Positions 22,443 to 37,097 are shown, counted from the first letter of the stretch. The stretch is DNA of 64,000 nucleotides from an uncultured delta proteobacterium (GCA_963847445.1 CAWJZV010000004.1:128001-192000); one strand, 5' to 3'. Notes: a model not told the origin generated them from the sequence alone. Numbers and translations: made by a program.

Positions 22443-22526
22443 CTCACCACGAAGACACCGAAGCCGCACGAAGTTCGGAAACGGATTTCCGCAAAACCAT
22501 CGTGCACTTCGTGCCTTCGTGGTGAG
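22443..22526. repeat. REP/MITE-like palindromic element (CACGAAG arms, AAGTTCGGA core)
   Basis: CTCACCACGAAG..CACGAAGTTCGGA ... CTTCGTGCCTTCGTGGTGAG. Confidence 0.8.
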
Positions 22527-22637
22527 ACAGAATTTATTCGGCGACGGCGATAATCGCGGAATGGGCAGAAAGCGAGACAATCCCCGACGCTGCAAGGATA
22601 GCCGACGCTATCCCGCAGCATGGGTATCAGAGGTAAA

Positions 22638-22760
22638 TCATTTTGCCTTGATGGAAAACCCCCTGGTCTCTTTCTTGGCGCGTTTTTCCGCGCGCTTTTC
22701 CATCATCGTTTTCTGCGGTTTCTTCTTTCCTTGTTTCTTCGAGTCCATGCCTTTACTCAT
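22638..22760 (-). CDS. Small basic protein, 40 aa (MSKGMDSKKQGKKKPQKTMMEKRAEKRAKKETRGFSIKAK)
   Basis: Read manually; AAGGAGG RBS upstream; Lys/Arg-rich. Confidence 0.7.
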   Translation of the reverse strand: MSKGMDSKKQGKKKPQKTMMEKRAEKRAKKETRGFSIKAK

Positions 22761-22855
22761 ATGCGTCCCTCCTTATGATGCCTGGGTTTGAAAGGCGTTG
22801 CGTAACCGCACGCGCCGCGTCGATATCATTCACCTCCTCATCCACACCACCACAA

Positions 22856-23126
22856 CTACTTTCCACAGCAGTTTTTGAATTTTTTGCCGCTGCCACAGGA
22901 GCAGGGTTCGTTGCGCCCGACTTTCTTTGCCACGACCGTCGGTTTCTGCGGATGCAGCAACCGCTCCAGATCGCCGACATCCTCGGCCTTGTCCGGCTCG
23001 ATACTGATGCGACATTCCCAACCATGCTTGCGCGAACGTCGCGCTCACTTCCTTGAATCGCAGCTCCGACTGAACCCGCACAACCGCCGGATTCTTCTCG
23101 CTGCCGAGCTTGGCGGTTTTCTTCAT
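22856..23126 (-). CDS. SEC-C motif metal-binding protein; frameshift near 23030
   Basis: [14 protein letters not shown] ... [15 protein letters not shown] ... [21 protein letters not shown]. Confidence 0.78.
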
Positions 23127-23421
23127 GCCAAAAGTATTTACCCGGCTGTCCGCGTCGACACTGCTGCGCATCGTCCCAATATCACTGATTCGATTGCTCA
23201 TGGGCCTATTATTTCAGTTATTGCCGCACTTAGCTATACAAGTCGTATCTCTTGCTGCTCGATCAGAGAAAAGACTTTCAACCACGCAAGGCACGAAATG
23301 GTTAAACTCCCGACCGACTCTTCACCTCATCAGGTCAATCATCTCGGAGATGTTCCAACCACGTAAAACACGTACCACACGAAATACCCGACAATTCGCG
23401 CCTATGTGGTTACGTCTCTTC

Positions 23422-24415
23422 CTACGGCCGCAGCTTATACTTCCGCTCGATCTCCTCGACATAGCCGCTCTTCACCACCTTGGTCAGGATACGCTGATCG
23501 AGCAGCTCCTCGACGTTGAAATTTTTTATCTTCGGATCGCGCAGAGCGATGACCTCCTGGGCGGTCTTCAGACCCTCTGGGTGTGACGAAGGTGTACGAC
23601 GGTCAGGTCTTCGAGAAGCAATTTGTAACCCAGCTCGGCGAGCTGGCGGTCGACCTTGATATATTTTTGCAGCAGCGCGACGCCGCGCTCTTTATTCGCG
23701 CGCATGAACGCGCTCGCTTCGATCATGGTTTTGATGAAGTTCTCGATGGTCTGCGGATTCTTCAGCACAAAAGCCTCGGCGCACATGAAGGGGCTTGAAG
23801 GCAGGGCGTATCTTGCTCAAGTCGAGCAACGCTTTCACTCCCAGAGTTTGCAGCCGCGCCGACTGCAATTTATCCAACGCGGCGCCGTCGATGATGCCAG
23901 ATGCCAATGACTGGGCGATCACGGTGCTGTCGCCGATCGCTTGGATGCTGATGTTGTCCCTTTGCGGGTCGAGACCCATTTCGCGCAGCGACAGCATGGT
24001 GAGACTCCAGAGCAGACCGCTGAAGTCCTGCACGCCGATTTTCTTGCCGCGCAAATCGCTGGGTTTGGTGATCGACGGCGCCGACCAGAAAATCGTAGGA
24101 AGCCCGTTCGGCGAACAGCGACATGATGATCTTGAGCTTGGCGCCTTGGGCGGCGGCTGTCAGCATACTCGAGGCGCTGCCGCGGACGAACTGCACTTCG
24201 TTGGAGACCAGCGCCGTGACTTGGATCGGCGCGCTGCGCACGGCGACTAGGTCGGCTTCAAGTCCATGCTTGGCGAAGAGGCCTTCCTCTTTGGCAAGCC
24301 ACACCGGCGTCCCCGAAGCGGCCACGCCGGAATAGGCGATGCGAATCGACTCGGCGCGCACCGGCGCGGCCCATAGCATTAGAACAGCGATCAGCAAGAG
24401 TCTGGTAGCGACCAT
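23422..24415 (-). CDS. ABC substrate-binding protein, NMT1/TauA/SsuA type; several frameshifts
   Basis: Signal peptide; WLAKEEGLFAKHGL, RGKKIGV, GLDPQRD fragments. Confidence 0.8.
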
Positions 24416-24585
24416 GGCGACTATCCTCCCTGCACAGGTTACGAGAGATATTGGGAACCAAGCGTTGCTAATGGCCGCTTCTAACATGAGGCCGGTTCGC
24501 CTGACAATGACAATCGCTCTCCCCGGTCACCGGCACGAAAAATTTGAATTCTCAGGGACGCCGGAAACTGCTAGAGTGACTGCGA

Positions 24586-25878
24586 ATGAAACGCCTGCCC
24601 ACGGCAAACGGTCCATCCGCCCTGCCCGCCATCAACCAGCGCCGTCTCATGCGCGACTTGAACGCCATCGGCCGCATCGGCATCGGCAACCGCGGCGGCG
24701 TTACGCGTCTGGTATTTTCCATCAAAGAACTGCGCAGCCGGCAGGTATTGATCCACCTGATGCGCCAGGCCGGATTGAAAATCTACATCGACGCCATCGG
24801 CAACATCTTCGGCCGGCTCGAAGGCCGCGATGCAAAAGCGCCGGCGGTGCTGTCGGGCTCGCACTTGGACACGGTGATTCATGGCGGCAAGTATGACGGC
24901 CCGGTGGGCGTCATCGGCGCGCTGGAGGCGGTGCGCACCATCGGCGAGAATAAAATTCCAATCCGCTCGCCGCTGGAGGTCGTCTGCTTCGTCGGCGAGG
25001 AGTCGAGCCGCTTTGGCTTCTCGACCCTCGGCAGCAGCCTGGTGGCCGGCGAAGTCCATGCGAAAGATCTTGCCAACGCGGTCGACGCCCAGGGAACCAA
25101 GCTCGCCGATGTACTGTCAAGCCTTGGCATCGCGGCGAAAAGCTTGCGCGGCCTCGCCCGCGATCCGAAAAGCCTCAAGGCCTATCTCGAACTGCACATC
25201 GAACAGGGGCCGATCCTCGAAGCCATCGGCAAACGCATCGGCCTGGTCACATCCATCGCCGCACCGAGCCGATTCAAAGTCATCTTCACCGGCCAGGCCG
25301 ACCACTCCGGCACGACACCGATGGAGATGCGCAAAGACGCCCTGGTCGCCGCGGCGCTGCTGATCGAGTTCATCGAAACAACCTGCCGCCGGTTCTCGTC
25401 CATGGCCAAAGGCCGCGTCGTCGGCACCGTCGGCGCCATGAAGATCGAACCTGGCGTCATCAACGCCGTGCCGGGAAGAACCGAACTGCTGGTCGATATC
25501 CGCGCCATCACCGCCCAAGCGAAAAACCGCGTCGCCCGCTTGGTCAAGGCGCAAGCGCAGCATATCGCGCGCCAGCGCGCCATCGGCGTCGAAGTCCTGA
25601 CTATACGCGAAGAAGATCCCGTGCCGCTGGATAAGCGCCTCTTGCGGCTGACCCGGCAAATCTGCGATGCAAAACAAATCATCTATGAGATCATGCCGTC
25701 GGGCGCCGGCCACGACGCCATGCAGATGGCCAAGATCACTCCGGCGGGGATGATATTCATTCCCAGCCAACGCGGCATCAGCCACAACCCGCTCGAATGG
25801 ACCGATCCCGACGACATCGGCCTGGGCGCCCAATTACTCATGGAAACGATGATCCGAGTCGCCAATGAAAAACTCTAA
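24586..25878 (+). CDS. M20-family Zn hydrolase (allantoate amidohydrolase / N-carbamoyl-amino acid hydrolase / beta-ureidopropionase-like)
   Basis: GSHLDTV, GGKYDG, GEESSRF, ELHIEQGP, DHSGTTPM, SGAGHDA, GISHNP. Confidence 0.9.
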   Translation: MKRLPTANGPSALPAINQRRLMRDLNAIGRIGIGNRGGVTRLVFSIKELRSRQVLIHLMRQAGLKIYIDAIGNIFGRLEGRDAKAPAVLSGSHLDTVIHGGKYDGPVGVIGALEAVRTIGENKIPIRSPLEVVCFVGEESSRFGFSTLGSSLVAGEVHAKDLANAVDAQGTKLADVLSSLGIAAKSLRGLARDPKSLKAYLELHIEQGPILEAIGKRIGLVTSIAAPSRFKVIFTGQADHSGTTPMEMRKDALVAAALLIEFIETTCRRFSSMAKGRVVGTVGAMKIEPGVINAVPGRTELLVDIRAITAQAKNRVARLVKAQAQHIARQRAIGVEVLTIREEDPVPLDKRLLRLTRQICDAKQIIYEIMPSGAGHDAMQMAKITPAGMIFIPSQRGISHNPLEWTDPDDIGLGAQLLMETMIRVANEKL

Positions 25879-26407
25879 GAGCAAAAAGAAACGCATCCTC
25901 AACGCCGGGCAAATCAAAGTCATCCTCGAACGCTTCGCCCGCGAGATGGCCAAGCAATATGGCAGCTTCGATCAAGTGGCGTTCATCGGTGTGCGCACCC
26001 GCGGGCCTTACATCGCCAAACGGCTGGCCGAGATCGTCAAGAAGCGCCACGGCAAGGAGATCCCCATCGGCGAGATGGACATCACGCTCTACCGCGACGA
26101 TTTGAACGCGCTCCTGCCCGGCGGCACCATCGATCACACGCGCATTCCCTTCGATATCGCCAACAAGATCGTCGTGCTCTTCGATGACGTCTTGAACACC
26201 GGCCGCACCGTGCGCGCGGCGGTGGATCACTTGATCGACCTCGGCCGCCCGCGCATGATCCACCTGGCGGTCATGATCGACCGCGGCGGCCGCGAACTGC
26301 CGATCGCCGCCAACTACGTCGGCAAGAGGATCGATTTAAAAGCCGGCGGCAACGTCGAAGTCAGGCTGAAAGAAGTCGACAGGACCGAGGAAGTATTGGT
26401 GGAGTGA
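25865..26407 (+). CDS. pyrR: PyrR-family uracil phosphoribosyltransferase/regulator (atypical)
   Basis: GVRTRG, DITLYRDD, DDVLNTGRTVRAA, GRP, DRGGRELPI. Confidence 0.85.
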   Translation: MKNSKSKKKRILNAGQIKVILERFAREMAKQYGSFDQVAFIGVRTRGPYIAKRLAEIVKKRHGKEIPIGEMDITLYRDDLNALLPGGTIDHTRIPFDIANKIVVLFDDVLNTGRTVRAAVDHLIDLGRPRMIHLAVMIDRGGRELPIAANYVGKRIDLKAGGNVEVRLKEVDRTEEVLVE

Positions 26408-26498
26408 GGAAAGATCTTATTCGCCACGGACGGCAACGTTTATGCGCGCTGAGCGGATGAATTAACCGCATTGTAACAATTAGACTTGACACAGCTGG

Positions 26499-26535
26499 GC
26501 CCTCGTGGTGACTTACCGCCACGAGGGCTTTTTTT
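26499..26535 (+). terminator. Intrinsic terminator-like hairpin between pyrR and the ABC operon
   Basis: GCCCTCGTGG-N10-CCACGAGGGC-T7. Confidence 0.75.
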
Positions 26536-26552
26536 CACCTTAGGAGGTTAAT

Positions 26553-27871
26553 ATGCGTCGAACAATGTTCATTTTAGTGACTGCGTTTCTCGGTTTCGTC
26601 TTTGACACCGCCTCAGCCAGAGACGTCGTCATCGTCACCTCGTTCCCCAAGGAGCTGTTCGAGACCTACAAAAAAACCTTTGAAGCGAAACATCCCGGCA
26701 CCACGGTGGTCATCAACAGCAAGCAAACCAATGCCGGCGTCACTTACCTGCGCGAGACCAAGGCGAAACCCGAAGCGGATATCTTTTGGGTCAGCGCGCC
26801 GGATGCGTTTCAGACCCTCGACACCGACGGCCTGTTGGAGAAGTACGCGCCGCCCAAGGAGATCATGGCCAAGATCCCGGCCAAGATCGGCAACTTTCCG
26901 GTCCACGATCCCGACGGCAAATATTTCGGCTTCGCCATCAGCGGCTACGGTTTGATGTGGAATAAAAATTACATGAAAGCGCACAAGCTGCCGCCGCCCA
27001 AGGAGTGGACCGACTTGACCCAGGCGCGCTACTACAATCATCTGATCATCAGCGCGCCGTCGCGCAGCGGCACCACGCACCTGACCGTCGAGACCATCCT
27101 GCAAGCCTATGGCTGGGACAAAGGCTGGGCGCTGCTCCTCAACGCCGGCGGCAACATGGGCAGCATTACCGAGCGCAGCTTCGGTGTCCCCGAGGCGGTC
27201 ATCAGCGGCCAATACGGCGTCGGCGTGGTCATTGATTTTTTTGGCCTGTCGGCCATCGCCAGCGGCCAGCCGGTGGAGTTCGCCTATCCGTCGTTGACCT
27301 CCGTGGTGCCGGCCAGCGTCGGCATCGTCAAAGGCGGTCCCAACCCGCAGGAGGCGCGCGCTTTCGTCAATTACCTTCTCAGCGAAGCGGGACAGACCGT
27401 GTTGTTCGCCCCGGAGATCGCGCGATTGCCGGTGATCCCGGAGCTCTACGCCAAAGCGCCCAAGGATTATCCCAATCCGTTCAAGAAAAAACTCGGCGGC
27501 GTCGAATTCAACGACGAGCTGTCATCGAGTAGGCGCGACGTAGTGAACTCGCTGTACGACCACATCATCACCTTCCGCCACAAAGAGCTGCGCGAAGCCT
27601 GGAAGAGCATTTACAGCGCCGAAGAAGCCCTGGCAAAGAGCAAAGCGACCAGCGCAGCCCAGGGGAAATCGCTGATCGCCGACGCCCGAAAATTCGCGAC
27701 TCAAATGCCGATCAACGACAAGCGCGCCGCCGACAAGGAAGTCAGCCGGCGCCTTCAGGTCCAAGTCCGGCCTCAAATCCCAGCTCGAAACCGAATGGGA
27801 AAACGCCGCCCGCGGCAACTACAGCAAAGCCAAAGAGCTGGCGGAAAAAGCCCTGAGCATTGGCGAAATAG
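26553..27871 (+). CDS. Extracellular solute-binding protein (AfuA/PgtC-like); frameshift(s) near C-terminus
   Basis: AGGAGG RBS, signal peptide, APSRSGTTH, VIDFFGLSA, YLLSEAGQ. Confidence 0.82.
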
Positions 27872-27901
27872 TTTCAACGACGAGAAAGCAAATCGGATTT
27901 C

Positions 27902-28005
27902 CTCCCGCAAAGGCGCAAAGCACGCTAAGTTCGGAGAACGAGGTAGAATTGCTCCCCGGACAATTTTATTTTCCGAACTTAGCGATCTTTGCGCCTTTGC
28001 GGGAG
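27902..28005. repeat. REP/MITE-like palindromic element (CGCAAAG arms, AAGTTCGGA core)
   Basis: CTCCCGCAAAGGCGCAAAG..CGCTAAGTTCGGA ... TCCGAACTTAGCG..CTTTGCGCCTTTGCGGGAG. Confidence 0.85.
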
Positions 28006-28023
28006 ATATTCCGGGACTGACCC

Positions 28024-29730
28024 ATGGCGTTAACCACAATCGCGGTCACTGCACCGCCGCGCCAACGCATCGACTGGTGGCAAGGCGGCATCATGGCGAT
28101 GCTCCTGGCCATCCTCACCGCGTTCATTCTCTACCCCGTGCTCCGGGTCCTGTGGATCTCCGTCACCGACGATGAGAGCAGTTTTACCCTAATTCACTTC
28201 GGCAACTTTTTTCGCCGGCCGCTGTTTCGCGAAGCGCTGTGGAACACTTTGTCGAGCGGCTTTCTCGTCGTCGTCTTTAGCGCTCTACTGGCTTTGCCGC
28301 TGGCCTACGTGCTGGCGCGCTATGAATTTCGCGGCAAGCTGCTGCTGCAAACCGCCGCGACTCTGCCGTTGGTGATTCCGCCTTTCGTTGGCGCGGTGGC
28401 GCTGCAATTGATTTTAGGGCGCAGCGGCATGGTCAACCTGCTGCTACGAGACTGGTTCGATATTTCGATCCCGTTCATGGAAGGGCTCACCGGCGTCGTT
28501 CTGGTGCAGACGCTGCACTTTTTTCCGTTCATACTGCTCAACACCGTGGTGTCGCTGTCGAACATCGACGCGTCCCTCGAAGAGATGGCGCAGAATCTCG
28601 GCTGCCATGGCTTTCGCCTGTTCCGCCGGGTGACTTTGCCGCTGATGCTGCCGGGCTTCATCGCCGGCGCGCTTCTGACGTTCATCCGCGCCATCGACGA
28701 CCTCGGCACGCCGCTGATGTTGAACTACAAAAATCTGCTGGCGCCCCAGGCGTATCTGCGCATCACCACCATCGGCATGGACGATGTCGACGGCTATGTC
28801 GTCTGCGTCGTGTTGGTGGTGCTTTCGATGGTAACGCTCTTGGCGGCGCGCAAATACCTGAGCCTGGCGGAATACGCCACGGTGCAGCGCGCCGCGCCGA
28901 TCTCGCGTCAATTGCAAGGCAAGCATCTCGCGCTCGTTTGGCTCGTCATCGCGGTCATCCTCGGCATTAGCCTCTTGCCGCACATCGGCATCGTCCTGCT
29001 GTCGTTCGCCAAGGTCTGGAGCTTTTCGTTGTTGCCGACAACCTATACTCTCGGCAATTACGAAGAAATCTTGTTTCGCGTGCCGCACTTCGTCATCAAT
29101 ACCTTGATCTACACGCTGCTCGCCGCCGCCCTCGACATCCTCCTCGGCGCCGCCATCGCCTTTCTACTACTGCGCACCGGCGTGCCGGGGCGCAATGTTC
29201 TCGACGCCATCGCGACCATGCCGCTGGCGATTCCCGGCGTGGTGCTGGCGGTCGGCTATTTGCGCGTGTTCCACGGCTGGGACTTCCCCGGTCTCGGCGC
29301 GCCGCTGACCTCGTCGTGGGTAATACTCGTGGTCGCCTATACCATGCGCCGCCTGCCCTACACCGTGCGCGCCTGCTACGCCGCGTTGCAGCAAGTCCAT
29401 ATTACCCTCGAAGAGTCGGCGCAAAACTTGGGCGCCAACCGCTTCCGCACCTTCGTGAAAATCACCTTGCCGATGATTAGCGGCGGCCTGGTCGCCGGCG
29501 GGCTGATTGCCTTCGTAACTTCCTGCGTCGAATTGGCCTCGACCATCATGCTCGTGCCGCGCATTGAATTGGGGCCGATCTCCTACGGCATCTATCTCTA
29601 CATGCAGAGTCCGCTGGGGCGCGGCGCCGGCGCGGCGTTGGGCGTGGTCGCCATCCTCCTGGTTTCCCTCGGCACCTATCTCACCCACCGGGTCTTTGGC
29701 GCGCGCGCCGGCAGTGCATTTCGGGTGTAA
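28024..29730 (+). CDS. ABC transporter permease (FbpB/AfuB type)
   Basis: 568 aa hydrophobic; SLEEMAQNLG and TLEESAQNLG EAA loops. Confidence 0.92.
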   Translation: MALTTIAVTAPPRQRIDWWQGGIMAMLLAILTAFILYPVLRVLWISVTDDESSFTLIHFGNFFRRPLFREALWNTLSSGFLVVVFSALLALPLAYVLARYEFRGKLLLQTAATLPLVIPPFVGAVALQLILGRSGMVNLLLRDWFDISIPFMEGLTGVVLVQTLHFFPFILLNTVVSLSNIDASLEEMAQNLGCHGFRLFRRVTLPLMLPGFIAGALLTFIRAIDDLGTPLMLNYKNLLAPQAYLRITTIGMDDVDGYVVCVVLVVLSMVTLLAARKYLSLAEYATVQRAAPISRQLQGKHLALVWLVIAVILGISLLPHIGIVLLSFAKVWSFSLLPTTYTLGNYEEILFRVPHFVINTLIYTLLAAALDILLGAAIAFLLLRTGVPGRNVLDAIATMPLAIPGVVLAVGYLRVFHGWDFPGLGAPLTSSWVILVVAYTMRRLPYTVRACYAALQQVHITLEESAQNLGANRFRTFVKITLPMISGGLVAGGLIAFVTSCVELASTIMLVPRIELGPISYGIYLYMQSPLGRGAGAALGVVAILLVSLGTYLTHRVFGARAGSAFRV

Positions 29731-29732
29731 CC

Positions 29733-30832
29733 ATGAAAGCCGCTCAAGTCAGACTGGAAAACATCGGTAAACGCTACGGCGAACAGTGGGTGGTTCGCGA
29801 TGTCAATCTGCAGATCCAAGCGCGGCGATTTCTTCACCTTCCTGGGCCCCAGCGGCTGCGGTAAGACGACCCTGTTACGCATGATCGCCGGCTTCGCGAT
29901 CCCGGATCAGGGGTCGATTCACCTCGACGACCAGGAGGTCAGTCGCATGCCGCCATGGCAGCGCGACATCGGCATGGTGTTTCAGAATTACGCTCTCTGG
30001 CCGCACATGACGGTGTTTGAAAACGTCGCCTTCGGCCTGCGCGAGCGAAAAATTCCCCGCGGCGAAATTGTCAGCCGGGTGCACCAAGCCTTGGCGACCG
30101 TCGACCTCCAGGGCCGCGAGTCGCACCGGCCGTCGCAACTCTCCGGCGGCCAGCAACAGCGCGTCGCCCTGGCGCGCATCCTGGTGATTCAGCCGCAGGG
30201 TGCTGTTGTTGGACGAACCGCTGAGCAATCTCGACGCCAGGCTGCGTGTCGAAATGCGCCTGGAATTATTGAAGCTGCAACGCGATCTCGGCCTGACCAC
30301 GATCTACGTCACCCACGATCAGGAAGAGGCCCTCGCCATGTCGACAAAGATCGCCGTGATGAATCGCGGCCAAGTCGTCCAGGTCGGCCCGCCGCGCAAG
30401 ATCTATGAGCAGCCGATTGACAACTTCGTCGCCGCCTTTGTCGGCCAAGCCAATTTACTGGCTGGGAAAATTCGCGCGCGCAGCGACCACGCATGCGCGG
30501 TCGATATCGGCGATGGCAACGTCGTCCAAACCCATGCCGCGGCTGCAACTTTTCAAGCCGGCGATGCCGTGTGGCTTAGCCTGCGGCCGGAAGCGGTCGA
30601 ACTATTGCCGCGCGGCGCCGAGAGACTATCTGTCAATGCTCTTGAGGGAAAGATAATTACCGCCGCTTATCAAGGCGCAGTCGTCGAATACGAAGTCAGC
30701 GCGGCGGCAACTATCCTCAAAGTTCGTGTCGCCAATTCGAAAGGGCAAACACTTTATCAGCGAGGCGATGAAGTAAGCCTATCTTTTACCCCAGAGGCCG
30801 TCACCTGCCTGGTAGGCTCCAGCGAGAAATAG
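29733..30832 (+). CDS. ABC transporter ATP-binding protein (FbpC/AfuC type); frameshifts
   Basis: [27 protein letters not shown] across ORFs. Confidence 0.88.
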
Positions 30833-30871
30833 CGCTCCCAGTGAGCGGCGGCCCGGCATGTAATTGCACCG

Positions 30872-31274
30872 CTAAAGTTTAGCGAAGATATCTGGCTCAA
30901 CCCGCGACAGACTCTGCGCTATCGCTTGTTGGTCGATGGCCTTGGCAAGGTCATCATAGCCGGCTTCAGCAGACCATTGACGGCAGCCGAGTCTTGAGCT
31001 GATCCAGAGTCCAGCGCACTGGGTCGGTGATACCTTCGGCGATCATATCGTGGACGGGGTTCTTCGGCGACGCGCCGACATGATAATGGGGCGTCTTGCT
31101 GAAGCAGTCGAAACGCAAAATTCTCGCGCCGTCCTCTTCGCCCGCCACGGTAACATCGAAGGTCAACCCCTCATCGCCGCCGATGCCGCGGCGGTAATCC
31201 ACCCAAATCCGCATCCCCGCCGCCTCGATGACAACCGGATCGCTCTTCTTCGGCATAGATTGTTCTTTTTCCAT
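30872..31274 (-). CDS. Hypothetical protein with LRFDCF..PHYH motif; frameshift near 30970
   Basis: ORF 30966-31355 continues in the shifted frame (EAGYDDLAKAIDQ...) to TAG 30872. Confidence 0.65.
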
Positions 31275-31483
31275 GGTCCACGTCCCTTCCATGTTTAATG
31301 AGTTACTTTCCGAGCCAGCCGCGAGACAGTAACAGCCTCCCGGCCGGTTGCGCAAACCATTGAATAGCCCTACGCTTTACGCCGAGGGATCGCGATTATG
31401 TCGTCTCGAAGTCCGTTTTCTCTTTGTCATTATTCCGCGAACGGGTAGAATCCAGACCTGGTATTCTCAACAGACCGCCGCGC

Positions 31484-35186
<3,703 letters not shown>

Positions 35187-35187
<1 letters not shown>

Positions 35188-36175
35188 CAATTGATTTTCC
35201 TGTTTCGACTAGAAGCAGTTTTGCTTGGCAGGACCGCCCTGGCCACGAAAATCTCCACCGGCCGGTTGCCGTTGCGGGCGATTTTCTCGCCGGCAAAAGA
35301 ACCGGTCAGATCGTAATCCAGCGACGGCGCCCCGGCGGCGCGAAACCAACCCTCAATGGAACCGCGATCGAAGCCGAGCCACTGGTGCGCCATTTGCTCG
35401 CGCATCCAATCCTGTTTGTGTTCGACCAAATCGACGAGAATCACCGAGCCGCCGGGCCGGACGACGCGGCATAGACCGGCAATCGCCCGCGCCGGATCGG
35501 GCAGAAAATGCAGCACCATCACGCAGAACGCAGCATCGAGACTGTGCGACTCTAACGGCAGCTTGAGCACGTCGCCCTGGCGAAACTCGACGTTGGCCAA
35601 CTCGCGTTCTTTGGCGATGGCGCGCGCGCGCCGCAGCATTTCGCCGGAGAGATCGACACCGATGACTTTGCGCGCGAAACGGGCCAGCTCGAAGGTCAAG
35701 CTGCCGGTGCCGCAACCGATATCGGCCAACGTAAGGTTGCGCGGCAGCAGTTTCTCGATCGCCAGCGAGGTTACGCGGTCGTCGAAGTAACTCTGCGAAT
35801 GCGCTCCCAGTCGCCGGCCACCGATTCGAAATAATTTTGCGAACGGTGCAGGCGGCGGCGGCGGCATTCTTCCAAGCGCGCCCGATCTTTTTTGACCTCG
35901 GGGATTTCACCGAGCTTGGTTTGGAGAGACTTGAACAGTTCGCGCGCCGGCTCCGGCATGTCGGCGCGGACCGAGAAGTAAACACTGGTGCCTTCCTTGC
36001 GATCCCGCACGAAGCCCGCTTCGCGCAGCATCGCCAAGTTGCGCGACACCGACGACTGCATCGATGCTACTACCTCTTGCACCTCGCCGACGGTCAACTC
36101 TTCCTCGGCAACCGCCGCGAGCACGCGCAAGCGCAAGGGATCGGCCAAGGTTTTGAGTGTGCGTACGAAATCCAT
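35187..36175 (-). CDS. ArsR-HTH fused to a class I SAM-binding domain (SahR/SamR-type regulator); frameshift near 35795
   Basis: LADPLRLRVL..ELTVGE..QSSVSRNL HTH plus DIGCGTG domain; TGATG coupling to metH. Confidence 0.85.
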
Positions 36176-36193
36176 AGGCTCAGTGCAACATCT

Positions 36194-36225
36194 ATCATTA
36201 TATGCGAATATTGTGATGATGACAA
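36194..36225 (-). promoter_or_regulatory. Sigma70 promoter of sahR-metH overlapped by a quasi-palindromic operator
   Basis: Minus strand TTGTCA-N17-TATAAT; ATCATTATATGCGAATATTGTGAT (36194-36217) is 18/24 self-complementary. Confidence 0.7.
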
Positions 36226-36416
36226 CAACGCGTCCGGATCGGCGCTGGAGCCGAGGACAGGTCATCGATGGGCGTCGTGTCGCGGATCCATTAACCCGAT
36301 CAGTCCGCGCCAAATTCCTACCGCGACAACGGGCATTATCTTATACTTTCTCCGGGGCAGGTAGAAAAAACGCACAACGCGAGCGCGCAAAAGGGCGGTC
36401 GCGCCAAGGCAAGCAA

Positions 36417-37055
36417 TTACGACGGCGTGTAGGCGAGTTGGGTAGCGACCATGAAGTGAAACGGCGTGAGCAGGCGGTCGTGACGGCGCGGCTGCGCGGC
36501 GGTCAGCAGCAGCGCCGTCGAAGAGTTCGATCACTTGATGAATCGCTTCGATGGTGGAGTAGCACTCCGGCCGCGGTTCGCGGCGAAAGCCATAGGCCGA
36601 TGGCGTTGGCGGTGCGAAACAGATCGTCGGCAGTTGCCGCAGATTGTCACTCAGGCGCATCATCTTGCGCACGCTCTTCCAAGTCCCGTCCAAAACGAAT
36701 ACCACCAGCGCGCGCGAGGCCGCGGCCAGCTGCTCGGCGCTCGGTCACCGTCAGCTTCGACAGATTGACCGCCTGGCGGCTCGGGAAAAGCAGCATGGGC
36801 GCGTTGCCGGGATCGGCGATCTCGCGATTGACCTGAGGATGTTGGGAGAAATCCACACCCTCGAACCAGAGCGAATTGGCCGAGCCCGAGATGCGCCATC
36901 CGGCCGGTGCCAAGCCGGTGCTTGGCCTCGCGCGGCTGGCTGAGAATCACAAAGCGCGGCACCGAGTCGAACGGTTCGATGAGCGCACAGTAGCAGCCCA
37001 CGCCGGGCCGCCGGCAACGCGCGCACCAGGCACGGAACTGCGCCGCATCGGTCAA
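36417..37055 (-). CDS. DTW-domain tRNA-uridine aminocarboxypropyltransferase (TapT-like); frameshifts
   Basis: CARC..CYC zinc motif, GTGRMA, LLFP, VLDGTW, STIEA. Confidence 0.8.
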
Positions 37056-37097
37056 TCCGATTCAGTTCTATGCTCGAGCTGTCTGAGCCGCAATTGT

